Assembly (NCBI GenBank): GCA_963782115.1
Contig: CAWAIK010000003.1
Coordinates: forward strand, 503,630-567,629
Source of the DNA: an uncultured Verrucomicrobiae bacterium
GTDB lineage: Bacteria > Verrucomicrobiota > Verrucomicrobiia > Chthoniobacterales > JAFAMB01
DNA: 64,000 bases
Direction: 5' to 3'
Of the stretch, positions 51,655 to 61,501 are shown piece after piece. Made by a program: the position numbers and the translations under genes. A model generated the notes under the pieces. It did no database searches and was not told the DNA's origin. It saw only the letters and a program-made list of their open reading frames with translations. How positions within the stretch are numbered: position 1 is the first letter of the stretch; each line of letters begins with the position of its first letter.

Positions 51655-52148
51655 AGAGCAATAATACCTTGGGTCGTTCTGCCCGTGAAGGCGGTTGGTC
51701 GCTCGTCGAAATGACCGTGACACTCTTTTTACTGATGGCGATCGCTCTATTCGGCATGAAGACAATGGTAGCAGGCTGGATGCTGCAAAATTGGTCGATC
51801 GGGCAAAGCATGACCGATGCTTACACCGCGAGAGAAACAGCCTATGCGCAGCGATATGTTTTCACAGATATAGAAAACGGAGGAAATGCTGGGGTCAAGG
51901 TCTGGGGAGTGTACCCTGCCGCTATCACCAGCGCGACGCCGGAAACCATCGGCGCGATGCCGTCGCTATCAACACCGCCCACAGCGGCGACGGCAAGACC
52001 GGTGACGGCAACCGTCATCCGGACTTATCATAAGTATGGCCCGGACGTCGTCACGGGCGCAGTTTCTTATCTGCTGGAGTCCTATGTTCTCTATCAGGAC
52101 GGACTACGGAAATATTGCAAAGTCAGCAAAGTGTATCGATCCGAATGA
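51651..52148 (+). CDS. minor pilin (PilV/GspI-like)
   Basis: REGG|WSLVEMTVTLFLL; probable TTG start overlapping the upstream stop. Confidence 0.8.
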   Translation: MKSNNTLGRSAREGGWSLVEMTVTLFLLMAIALFGMKTMVAGWMLQNWSIGQSMTDAYTARETAYAQRYVFTDIENGGNAGVKVWGVYPAAITSATPETIGAMPSLSTPPTAATARPVTATVIRTYHKYGPDVVTGAVSYLLESYVLYQDGLRKYCKVSKVYRSE

Positions 52149-52681
52149 AGAAGCGGCGACAGAGCGGTTTCACGTTGATTGAGTTGGCACTGGTGATGGG
52201 TATTTCTGTCATGGTCGCGGGCGCGCTCGTCGGCATGTTTCAGGCTCATATCCAAATGCTAACTCAAGCGTCTAAATTCAATTTTCTAGCACAGGATGCA
52301 CCGACCATTGGGCTCCTGCTGACCAGGACGATCGGGAATGCCGAGGACTATCGGATTTACGCAGACGGGCCGACAGCAAGGGCCGACGGCACGCGCGCGT
52401 TGACCGGTTCGGCTGTTCGGCTTTGGATGCGCCAACCCAACAGCACCTCTAGTGTCACCTCCCGCCAGGCCGTGGTTTCCTATGAGACGATCAGTGGTCA
52501 TTTGGGCATTTACTTTTTTCTGGCGAACAGTGTCACCGGGACATTCTCCGCGACGCCGAACTGGGAATTGGCCGGCGGCCAGCTATCCGGTGTTACATTC
52601 GATGCGACGTCCGGAGTCTTGCTCGCAACCCTGAACGGATCTTACAATGACTGGTACAAGTTTGCAGCGGAAAAGAAGTAA
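52145..52681 (+). CDS. minor pilin (PilW/GspJ-like)
   Basis: MKKRRQSG|FTLIELALVMGI. Confidence 0.85.
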   Translation: MKKRRQSGFTLIELALVMGISVMVAGALVGMFQAHIQMLTQASKFNFLAQDAPTIGLLLTRTIGNAEDYRIYADGPTARADGTRALTGSAVRLWMRQPNSTSSVTSRQAVVSYETISGHLGIYFFLANSVTGTFSATPNWELAGGQLSGVTFDATSGVLLATLNGSYNDWYKFAAEKK

Positions 52682-54704
52682 GCACGGCGGATCGCTGATC
52701 ATGTTGGTGTCGATCATCGGTCTGGCGTTTATCGTGACCGTCGCGGCGTTTCTCGTGTCAGCCTCCAACGGACAGAATACTGCCCGGCTTGCTTCGGCAA
52801 AGGTGGACATTGCGACCCGCGAAGACGCGTTGATGCGGGAGGTCCTCCAGCAAACTGCGACGGGAATGCTCCCGGGCACCGATGGTTTCACCGGCCCGAT
52901 CCTGACCTGGACCCAGATCATGACAAATGCGGCGAACAACCTGCTTGCTACGAGCTACGTAGATCCGACGGAGCTTGGGGCACTCCCGGGATTGGCAGGA
53001 GTGATCCCGGCTAACATGGGCGACACCGCCGGAACACTACTAGGCATCTTCCAAGGGTACAACCAGGAGGTACCGTTCGGGGGAACATCGGGACTCGCGA
53101 ACGTTGTCTCCCCGTATAATGGAACGGTGCAACCGTTATTAATGAATTGGTCGGGGAACACAAATTTATCCTCGGCGACTGCTTTAACCACTCCTCAGGA
53201 GTTCTTTCTCGGTTCTCTAAACACCGCGGGCACGCCCCCTATCCAGTCGAGCGGAAACCGTTGGGCACCGATCATCTATCCAAATATCCGGTTCGGATAC
53301 AAACAGCCTGGTGACCTATTTATTGCCCGCCGCGTGTGGTGGCGTATCCCGGTAGTCTACCAAACCGCACAGCAGATCCGAGAGTACCAAGCCGGAGTTG
53401 TCGGGGGCCCGGTCGGTGTCAACCTCTATCCGAGCGTTCCGGCAAATTACGTCCTGTCGGTATACGAAATTCCCTCTCAGCTTCCGGTCTCGGGGAATGC
53501 GAATCTTCAGATCGGCAACAATGCGGATGGTACAGCTTGGGGAAGCGGGGTCACAATCACCGGCTCGATCTATGGCAGCCAGATTCGCCTGGCCGGCGGA
53601 ACCTATAATAAAGGGATCAGTTCGCGTCAGCAGGTGAACGTTCTCAACGCGGCGACTGTTAACGGAGTAGCTTATGCGAGTTCGACCAACTCATTATTCG
53701 ACCAGGTTGGAACACGCGAACAAATGGCCCTGACCCAAACGATCATCGGCGCGGCGCCAGTCTCCGTGGCTGGAAATGACGGGAAGGCGTTGCTGGTGCC
53801 GGTGATGCCGGGAAACCAATTTTTCATGACTGCTCCGGGCACTCCCACGCACTGGGATCTGTACGCCCGGCCGTATTACAGATGCCGGATCCGGATTATT
53901 ATCAGCGGCACTAATCCGACACTAATTTACAACCCGAGCGCAACTCCGCAGCTGAGCGCGGCGGCGAACGCGGGAGCTATCAGCGTGAATGTCATTGTCC
54001 TCCCGGATACTTCGAGTAAGCCGGACCAGATTTTAGGCTTCCTAGACGGCGCTGCAACAACGACGACGTATTCGCAAGCCTCCTACGGAGACCCAGCCGG
54101 AACTTTGCCCCCCTGGATGACCTATACGAGCACAGGAAGTACGGGAACCACTCCCGCCCGCAACATCCTGGTGATCAATGTAGGGGGCATGGTGACGCTG
54201 ACCGCCCCGGGCTTGGGCTCGCCAGCGCAGCTTTACTCTATTTATGTCGGCTCCAACCCAACGACCGAGCCTGTGAGCACCGCGACGGCGAATGATCCCG
54301 GCGTCGCGATTACCGGTACCAGCAATCTGAGCGCGTTTTCCAATGGACTATCGATCGTCTCAAATCAAACATTGTATCTGCTTGATGCGTTTAACCAGGT
54401 CGCCACGCAGTATGCGACGAGTATTTTCGCGCCTGACGTTCGGTACGGAATCTCTGGAGTCAACCCCAATTCGACTACACTTATCGGGCAAGTCTCCGTT
54501 GATCAGGCTTCAGCCTTAATTCAGGCTTCACCCACTCCAACCCCCGGAAGTCCGCTCCAATTCTTAGATGCGTCCGGTAATAAGATTTCGACGTCAACCA
54601 ATACATTTACGCTCACTGAAATTACTGTTCCTACTCCGGTGCAGATGCCTCCGATCACCCGGCTGACGCTACTTTTTACGGTCGAAAAGGAGCGCACGAA
54701 TTAA
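52647..54704 (+). CDS. large PilX/GspK-like minor pilin
   Basis: KHGG|SLIMLVSII with no Glu+5; long Thr/Gly/Asn-rich C-terminal region. Confidence 0.7.
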   Translation: MTGTSLQRKRSKHGGSLIMLVSIIGLAFIVTVAAFLVSASNGQNTARLASAKVDIATREDALMREVLQQTATGMLPGTDGFTGPILTWTQIMTNAANNLLATSYVDPTELGALPGLAGVIPANMGDTAGTLLGIFQGYNQEVPFGGTSGLANVVSPYNGTVQPLLMNWSGNTNLSSATALTTPQEFFLGSLNTAGTPPIQSSGNRWAPIIYPNIRFGYKQPGDLFIARRVWWRIPVVYQTAQQIREYQAGVVGGPVGVNLYPSVPANYVLSVYEIPSQLPVSGNANLQIGNNADGTAWGSGVTITGSIYGSQIRLAGGTYNKGISSRQQVNVLNAATVNGVAYASSTNSLFDQVGTREQMALTQTIIGAAPVSVAGNDGKALLVPVMPGNQFFMTAPGTPTHWDLYARPYYRCRIRIIISGTNPTLIYNPSATPQLSAAANAGAISVNVIVLPDTSSKPDQILGFLDGAATTTTYSQASYGDPAGTLPPWMTYTSTGSTGTTPARNILVINVGGMVTLTAPGLGSPAQLYSIYVGSNPTTEPVSTATANDPGVAITGTSNLSAFSNGLSIVSNQTLYLLDAFNQVATQYATSIFAPDVRYGISGVNPNSTTLIGQVSVDQASALIQASPTPTPGSPLQFLDASGNKISTSTNTFTLTEITVPTPVQMPPITRLTLLFTVEKERTN

Positions 54705-54743
54705 CGAACCTCGCAGTTCTCGCAAACTGTCGAAATTAAATAT

Positions 54744-55910
54744 ATGTCATATCGAAAAATTATTCTTCGCAGAGTGGTGATCGTCGGCCTTTTAATTGTC
54801 AGTGCCGGGACGATCTGCAGCACGGCTTTCGGCATTTCTCCGGGTTGGCCGGCTGGTCCAATTCCGACGCCCCTCCCGACTCCACCGGCGACACCCACGC
54901 CGAGTCCGACGCCATTTCCGACTCCAACACCAGCGGCGACCCCTGTCCCGACGCCGATTCCGCCGTCTTACGTGCAGGTTATCACCGTAGAGTCACCGCA
55001 ACTCCAATATCGTGACGACTCGATGTTGGCAGGCACGGCGGACCCTCCGGGCGGACCCTATACCGCTGTTGTGGCGATCTACCTTAAAGTTAATGATCCA
55101 ACGCAATTCACAGTAGTCAGATCCTTTGAACCGCGTTCTCCAGGGAATGTATACGGTGCGTCTAGGTTTGTTTCCTCGCCTGGAGTGACCGCCCAATATA
55201 CGAATGGCAGCCACCTAGCTACTGTTTTGACCACTTTGACAGTCTATCCGCATCCCGAAAACCCATACGGGCGAGAAACGCTTTCGTTTTACACTGCTGA
55301 TAGCCAGGGAAATCCACAAACTTTGCTTCTCGCTTTCCCCATCCTGGTCTACCCGATATCAACGGCAAAGATTTTCAACTCCCTATCGAGCGTTCCCAAC
55401 CCTGCTTCCACTCCGGTTTCCGGTTTTGCTACGTCTCCTCCCTCTTCGACTTCTCCCTCTCCCTATACCAGTCCCTCCCCCTATCCGATTCCCTATCCGG
55501 CCCCCATCCCCGCGACCAGTCCAACGACCTTTACTGGCGATACGGCACGATTAGACGTCGAAATAGACAACGCGTACCCTGGCGGCACCACCTGGGTCGT
55601 TGTTTATCCAGGAACAGCCTCGGCGACACCGCCGTCATCTGCCAAGGAAGTTGCCAACAGTCGTCTGACTGCACCGACGACCGACCTGGTACCGCAGCGG
55701 GACGTCTTTGTTGAAGTTGGGACGGGCACGAACACAGCGGGAGGTTTGCTTTTCCCAGCCTCCACCACTCCAACGCCCTATACGATCCAGGTGGTCCAGT
55801 TCAGGCCACCGTACGGGACGAACGGGATGGAGACTCTGGCGACAGCCAACTTTACGGTAGTTTCCAGTTCCTTCAAGGTCAACAGCCAGGTAGGTAAGCT
55901 AACGCCGTAG
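54744..55910 (+). CDS. secreted Pro/Thr-rich protein
   Basis: Signal peptide, PTPxPTP linkers, two beta-rich domains. Confidence 0.7.
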   Translation: MSYRKIILRRVVIVGLLIVSAGTICSTAFGISPGWPAGPIPTPLPTPPATPTPSPTPFPTPTPAATPVPTPIPPSYVQVITVESPQLQYRDDSMLAGTADPPGGPYTAVVAIYLKVNDPTQFTVVRSFEPRSPGNVYGASRFVSSPGVTAQYTNGSHLATVLTTLTVYPHPENPYGRETLSFYTADSQGNPQTLLLAFPILVYPISTAKIFNSLSSVPNPASTPVSGFATSPPSSTSPSPYTSPSPYPIPYPAPIPATSPTTFTGDTARLDVEIDNAYPGGTTWVVVYPGTASATPPSSAKEVANSRLTAPTTDLVPQRDVFVEVGTGTNTAGGLLFPASTTPTPYTIQVVQFRPPYGTNGMETLATANFTVVSSSFKVNSQVGKLTP

Positions 55911-55977
55911 CCTGGAAATCTGGCGAGGCAGGGCCTCGCGAGATTTCCAGGCTGTAGAGCCGCTTGGAAAGCGGCTC
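55909..55977. repeat. two-hairpin REP-like element, possible operon terminator
   Basis: AGCCTGGAAATCT..AGATTTCCAGGCT followed by GAGCCGCTT..AAGCGGCTC; related copies at ~40684, 46333 and 51221. Confidence 0.7.
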
Positions 55978-56058
55978 GGGAATGATTTTAGGGTTAGCCG
56001 TTTAGTTAGTTATGACTAGACGGTGTCTCCTCGGCTAAGCGGCACGAATATTTTTAGA

Positions 56059-56301
56059 ATGAGTTTTCTTTCAATATTAACCATGATCTTGAGCTGCGTT
56101 GCAGGTCTTTTCCTCATACGCGAGCTAAAGATATTGGCTGAAGGGGATGTTGAACGTTACCAGATTATCCGAGCCATCTCGTTGGTCACGATGAGCATCA
56201 CACCTTATTTCATGCCTGAGCCCTGGAACAGTATAGCCGTTATCGCCGGACTATTGGGACTGGTGGTCTCCTTCTTCCTGAGACCGAAAGGTTGCTGGTA
56301 A
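56059..56301 (+). CDS. small three-TM membrane protein
   Basis: Three hydrophobic segments. Confidence 0.45.
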   Translation: MSFLSILTMILSCVAGLFLIRELKILAEGDVERYQIIRAISLVTMSITPYFMPEPWNSIAVIAGLLGLVVSFFLRPKGCW

Positions 56302-56663
56302 AAAGGCAGTTGTCGGTGTCAGTTGTCAGTGTCAGTGGGTTCAGCTCTGACAATGGTGCTAACATTAGGAGCTTTGGGACGAAGAGAATGGGCGGGAATG
56401 GTGGCTCGCGGCGGATTCGGTACGCATCGAGGATCAAAGTACCCACAGCGAGGACGCAATTTGGCATGGGCTTCCAACCTTATTTTGTTCGACCGAGCGA
56501 CGGGTTCTCATGACCCAGGATCGGAGCGCAGCGTGCTGCATATTCGGAATCGCTTTTGGCATCAGCATCTTCAAAAGTAAGGTAATCCGGATAGCCGCTG
56601 GTAGGACGAGGCGGGCTGCCCGACAAGCTTGCCTTACTCGTAATGCTAGAATAGTTTCTCGCA

Positions 56664-57199
56664 ATGCCGCTGACGATCCAACTCCGTCCTTCTGAAAGAC
56701 AGACTGCCTTCAATCTCAAGCGCTGGCGCGAACTGCTCGCGGACCCTGATCTTGCCCACTTGCCACATCGGATCGAGACCGACCGTCACGGACACATTCT
56801 CATGAGTCCTCCACCCGCGCCGGCACACGGTGACCAGCAGAGCGAAATTGTCTACTTGCTAAAGACCTTGCTGCCGCAAGGACGAGTTGTCACCGAGTGC
56901 TGCTTTCAACCTCTGATGGTGTCAAGGCCATCGATGTGGCTTGGCTTGCGCCGGAGCGACGTCAAGAGGTGCGTTCACTGAGCTGCTTAGTACGAGCGCC
57001 CGAAATCTTTGTCGAAGTCCTTTCCCCGTCAAACACCCCCCAAGAGATCTCCGAGAAAATCGCTCTCTACTTTGAATCCGGAGCACAAGAGGTTTGGATT
57101 TGCGACCAGGGAACATTCCCGTTTCGTTTGTCCGCCACCTCGGAGGTTCATCAATCGTCCGGGATGTGTCCGAAGTTTCCGCCGCACATCGATCTTTGA
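56664..57199 (+). pseudogene. Uma2-family endonuclease, frameshifted
   Basis: GHILMSPPP, TEC/LSTSDGVKAIDVAW, APEIFVEVLSPSN, GAQEVW; 1-nt deletion relative to the paralogue at 60077. Confidence 0.85.
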
Positions 57200-57483
57200 A
57201 GCTTAGCCTTTTTAATTTTCTTTTCCGCCGCTGTGGAGGCCTTCCCGAGGGACATATCCTCGGCGAACGCGTAAGCCGATGTAGCACCACGGGCAGACCA
57301 GTCGGAAAAGATCTCGATGTTCAACGCGTTCATAACGTCGCTTTCTGTTTTCGTTTCCTCAGTAAGTTTTCAGTCCGAAAATTGGGATCGGTTCCCAAGC
57401 ATTATGCCCTGGGCTTCAGTCGTCGCCCTCACGCGGCTGGAGCGAAGCTTGCCGAAATCTGCCTATCCGGATAAATTGCCGAC

Positions 57484-57654
57484 GTGAGCACAGTTACCGA
57501 GATCGAAGCCGCTATTGAGAGGCTACCGCCAGAAGAACTGCGCGCACTGGAAAACTGGATCGAAGAATACGCTGCGGCGATCGGCGCTTCTGAAACGCTG
57601 TTCGGAATGTACGACGCTGAGGAGGAGCAGAGCTCCGAAAGGCAAGCGCGGTGA
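57484..57654 (+). CDS. putative antitoxin
   Basis: MSTVTEIEAAIERLPPEE; 56 aa, acidic, overlaps the toxin. Confidence 0.6.
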   Translation: MSTVTEIEAAIERLPPEELRALENWIEEYAAAIGASETLFGMYDAEEEQSSERQAR

Positions 57655-57950
57655 GATCTGGATTGCGGATCTCGGCCTGGCTGCAAAAGTACGCCCCGTC
57701 CTGGTGTTAAGCGTCGCCTATGAGGGTCAGGAACGGGCAATCGTCGGCTATGTCATCCGAACGACCAGCCTGCGCGGTACTCAGTATGAAGTGCGTGCGT
57801 CACGAAACTCATGGCATGCCGAACGGAGCATTCGACGCGCAAGGTCTGGGTTCGATACCGGAGATCAAACTCGAAAGGCGAGTGGGGCTCGTCGACTCTG
57901 GGACATTGGCTAAAGTGGAAGCGGCCGTTCGAGCTTGGCTTAAGCTCTAG
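57630..57950 (+). pseudogene. PemK/MazF-family toxin, frameshifted
   Basis: KRGEIWIADLG..KVRPVLVLS; GTGC duplication at ~57791; C-terminus ..AKVEAAVRAWLKL; no clear start codon. Confidence 0.75.
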
Positions 57951-58217
57951 TCGCCCGTTGCCTCACCCTGGCCAGTGTGCCGTCACCAACCAGCCGGTTG
58001 GTTAAGCAAGGTGCGCGACCGGGCCTCGGTGACTTCCTGCCCAAGACCCGTCTTCACATTTCGTGTCGCCCGAGGCCAAAGACGCCCACAGTCACGGCAT
58101 TCTCAAAAAATTTTCTCTCCCGCACCTTTTGTGGAAACGTCACGCCGATCTGCTCAAAGAATTGGTTGCTAACTCTGAACGCAACGGCGAAAACCTCGTG
58201 CTGACAAACAATAATCT

Positions 58218-58622
58218 ATGGGGAAAGAACGCTTTTCTGAACGTCAGACTGCGGTTTTGAATGCGGCCGCTCGCCTGGACGAAGTGGCCGCCCTTCCGGA
58301 GACCGATGTTGTGCGTGATGCCGCAATCCAGCGCTTTGAGTTTACGTTCGAATTGGTCTGGAAGACGCTGCAGCTGTACCTTGAACACCAGGGGTTCGAA
58401 TCCGCCGGCCCGCGGGCAGTGCTCAAGAGAGCTTTTGTTGTAAGATTGATATCCGAGCAAGATGAAGCTGACGTTTGGCTGCAAATGTTGGACGATCGCA
58501 ACCTCACCAGCCACGCCTACGATGAGACGTTGGCCGTTCGCATTTACACGCGAATTGTCCACGACTATGCACCGCGACTTGCCCGAATGGCGGAGAAGAT
58601 CCAAACTCTTGTGTGGGATTGA
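58218..58622 (+). CDS. HEPN (HI0074-like) nucleotidyltransferase substrate-binding protein / toxin
   Basis: RDAAIQRFEFTFELVWK; RNLTSHAY (RX4H). Confidence 0.9.
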   Translation: MGKERFSERQTAVLNAAARLDEVAALPETDVVRDAAIQRFEFTFELVWKTLQLYLEHQGFESAGPRAVLKRAFVVRLISEQDEADVWLQMLDDRNLTSHAYDETLAVRIYTRIVHDYAPRLARMAEKIQTLVWD

Positions 58623-58625
58623 GCT

Positions 58626-58943
58626 ATGCCGTTACCTGGACTTCGCGACAAAGACGTTGATATCCTTCGCAGCACGTTTCGCCATTTTTCGTTTGTGCAG
58701 GAGGTGCGTGTGTTTGGTTCCCGTGCCAACGGGATCGCCCGGCGCTCCTCCGATCTCGACCTAGCGATTTCCAGCCCAGAGGCCACGCCAGCCGAGTGGG
58801 CCGAGCTGTGTGATGCGCTTGAAAACGCGCCGATCATCTACGCACTTGACATCGTGCGTCCTGAACAAGTTGCCAATGAGCGACTCAAGGCAAAGATTGC
58901 GCGCGAAGGCGTAACGATTTACCCAGAAAATGGCGAATCGTAG
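58626..58943 (+). CDS. MNT minimal nucleotidyltransferase (antitoxin)
   Basis: FGSRANG...SDLDLAI. Confidence 0.9.
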   Translation: MPLPGLRDKDVDILRSTFRHFSFVQEVRVFGSRANGIARRSSDLDLAISSPEATPAEWAELCDALENAPIIYALDIVRPEQVANERLKAKIAREGVTIYPENGES

Positions 58944-59006
58944 ATATTAGAAAACTACTGGCGAGCGCAACGTCAGGGTATATTTATGAATATACAGTGA
59001 TTCTTC

Positions 59007-60037
59007 ATGTGCTCGTTTACTGTTCGGGAGCGTTCGTCTGAAGGGGGTCTGAGCGAGCACTTGCGCAATGGTGTTTTGGTGCTGCTTGTCAGCGTTTGCT
59101 TCGGCACAGGGGCGGCGCATGCACAGTCGATCTGGCTCTTTAACCCAGAGTCGAGCGACTGGGACACCGCTGCTAATTGGGTGCCGACGAATGGGACGGC
59201 CATATTCGAGGGGTCGAATACAACGACCCTCACGTTCTCAGCGGTACACAGCCCGGTCCTTCCAGTTCAACGCCTTAGCGCCAGCGTATTCCTTTAATCT
59301 TTCGGGCCAGACTTTGGCCTTTAATGGGACCGGCATTGTCGATCATTCCTCCAACTCACCGACTTTCTCTATAACGGACGGTGCCTCCACTTCGATCTTG
59401 AACGGCCTGATCACCGGTCCGGGTTCACTGACGATGACGGGCCGGGGCACGGTGACCTTGACCGGCGCGAACATCTACAGCGGGGGCGCGAACATTAACG
59501 GTGAGAACGTCCAGAACAACTTCATCGGCATTGTGGCAGTGAACAGCGACAGCAATCTCGGGACGGGACCAATCAGCTTTGATGGCGGTACGCTTGAAGT
59601 ACTGGCGACCGGCGGCGGGATTACGTCTAACAAGGTAATCGCGCTCTCTCCGTCTGGGGGCACGTTTCAGGCTGATGCTGGCACGACGTCGACGTTGAGC
59701 GGAGCGATCAGCGGCCAAGGCTCCCTGAGCAGCAGTAGTGGCACATTAAGGAAGAGTGGCCCGGGCACGTTGATCCTGAGCGGCGCGAACACGTACGGTG
59801 GTGTGACAGTTGTTCAGGGCGGAACACTTAAAGCAGGTTCGTCCACGGCGTTTTAGCCCTAATCCGGCGATAACTTACTTCGGCCCAACGCAGGGTCAGG
59901 ATAGCGCGGTAGTTAGCGCCGGGATCTCGGCTCAGTTGACTGCTGCGGTTTCAATTTATGTGAACTATGATGGCCAACTGGGGCGTTATCACTATAATTC
60001 CAATGCCGTCGCCGGCGGCTTCGCCATCAGTTTTTAA
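59007..60037 (+). pseudogene. autotransporter with passenger beta-strand repeats, fragmented
   Basis: LTGANIYSGG, KSGPGTLILSGANTYGG; terminal barrel strands ..GFAISF in another frame; most of the barrel is deleted. Confidence 0.8.
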
Positions 60038-60076
60038 CCTATTGATGTTACCGAGAGGATCGGGTAGCCTCTTCCA

Positions 60077-60610
60077 ATGCCCCTGACGATCGAGCTTCCA
60101 TCCATCGAAGGACAGTTGGCTTTTAACCTAAGACGATGGCACGAGGTTCTGGCGGATTCTTCCCTGGCAAAGTTGCCGCATCGAATCGAAACCGATCGTC
60201 ATGGTCGCATCGTTATGAGTCCCCCGCCGGCATTCTCTCACTCGCAACGCCAAGGCAAGATCGTCGGGCTCATGCTAAAGCTGATACCTGAAGGTGAAGC
60301 GATGCCGGAGTGCCCGCTTTCGACGTCCGACGGAGTGAAGGCAATCGACGTTGCCTGGCTCTCTACAACCCGGGAGGAGCGTATTCAAAAGCCTGTCGTG
60401 CTGGAGAGAGCACCTGAAATCTGCGTGGAAGTTATTTCGCCTTCGAACACTGCGTCTGAAATAAAAGAAAAGCAGGCACTTTATTTCGAGGCAGGAGCGC
60501 AGGAAGTCTGGACCTGTGGTTTGGATGGCAAGCTAGACTTTTATGTGGCACCCGGATACCAGATGGACACTTCCCGTCTTTGCCCCCGCTTTCCCAAAGA
60601 GGTCAGCTGA
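60077..60610 (+). CDS. Uma2-family endonuclease
   Basis: GRIVMSPPP, DGVKAIDVAW, APEICVEVISPSN, YFEAGAQEVW. Confidence 0.88.
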   Translation: MPLTIELPSIEGQLAFNLRRWHEVLADSSLAKLPHRIETDRHGRIVMSPPPAFSHSQRQGKIVGLMLKLIPEGEAMPECPLSTSDGVKAIDVAWLSTTREERIQKPVVLERAPEICVEVISPSNTASEIKEKQALYFEAGAQEVWTCGLDGKLDFYVAPGYQMDTSRLCPRFPKEVS

Positions 60611-60705
60611 CCCGTTGCGGGCTTAAACAGACGCTGCGCGTCCGTTTAAGACCACTTTTAGAATAAATGAATCGTAGCAAAGTGTTCAAACTCTTCTCCG
60701 CAAAA

Positions 60706-61164
60706 CTATTCTCCATTAGCAAATCCAATCCACTTCCCTGATCTAACGTTCCTTTTGTATTGGAGAACGTTCTTGTTGCGTTGGTCGTAGTCCACCACAT
60801 TGCCGTTATACGATTCGGAAGATGTGGAACGAACAAAGCTCTTGAAGGCTGTGCCATCGTGGTTATAGCTGGTGCCAGCGTGGGAAGCCGCCAGGACTTT
60901 TGCGATGTCCTCGCTATTGCCGTCGAAGCGTATGGCGATGAGGGGTGCCTGGGGAAAGACAGCTAAATATCCCGCGGCCGCGGTAGCCGGCTGGGGATTC
61001 GTCGTTGCGGTTTGCGCCCGCAGTGCGACGACGCTTAGCACGATTAAGAATGCGGTGGTTAGCAGCTTATATAGTTTGTTCCGTAAATTTTCTGGACAAG
61101 ACGCGCCTTTCGTGGCGTCGCCAATGGCCCTCCTCGTTCTTTCAATGTGGACCTGAATAACCAT
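60706..61164 (-). CDS. secreted hypothetical protein (paralogue of 43070-43630)
   Basis: Hydrophobic signal ..ALRA|Q; SYNHDGTAF...NVRSGKWIGFANGE; start uncertain. Confidence 0.6.
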   Translation of the reverse strand: MVIQVHIERTRRAIGDATKGASCPENLRNKLYKLLTTAFLIVLSVVALRAQTATTNPQPATAAAGYLAVFPQAPLIAIRFDGNSEDIAKVLAASHAGTSYNHDGTAFKSFVRSTSSESYNGNVVDYDQRNKNVLQYKRNVRSGKWIGFANGE

Positions 61165-61501
61165 AATAGCAATATCTTCTAGACAGCCTGTTTTCTTTGC
61201 GATCTTCTGTTCAAAATGACTTTTGCTTTTTTTCTGTCTTAGTGCCGGGGAACGAAGAAAAATCATTTGCACAGAAGATCACAAGGGTCACAAAGACAGT
61301 CCCTTCGATAGAAACGGCCTACGCCTGGAGCCACCTCTAGATAAGATAGATCAGCGTAGCGAACCGGAGTTGAGTCCTTCCTCGCACTCGTTCTGAAATC
61401 GTAGTCGTCTCCCCATGAACACCGGTTGGATCTCGCTGATAGTGAGGAGCTTGTAATGTTTTCGGTTTTCGACGGTTTGGGTCACAAAAAGATGGCTTGT
61501 C

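Noticed and set aside
54860..54965. CCGAC(G/T)CC-type tandem repeats
   Set aside because: They simply encode a Pro/Thr linker.
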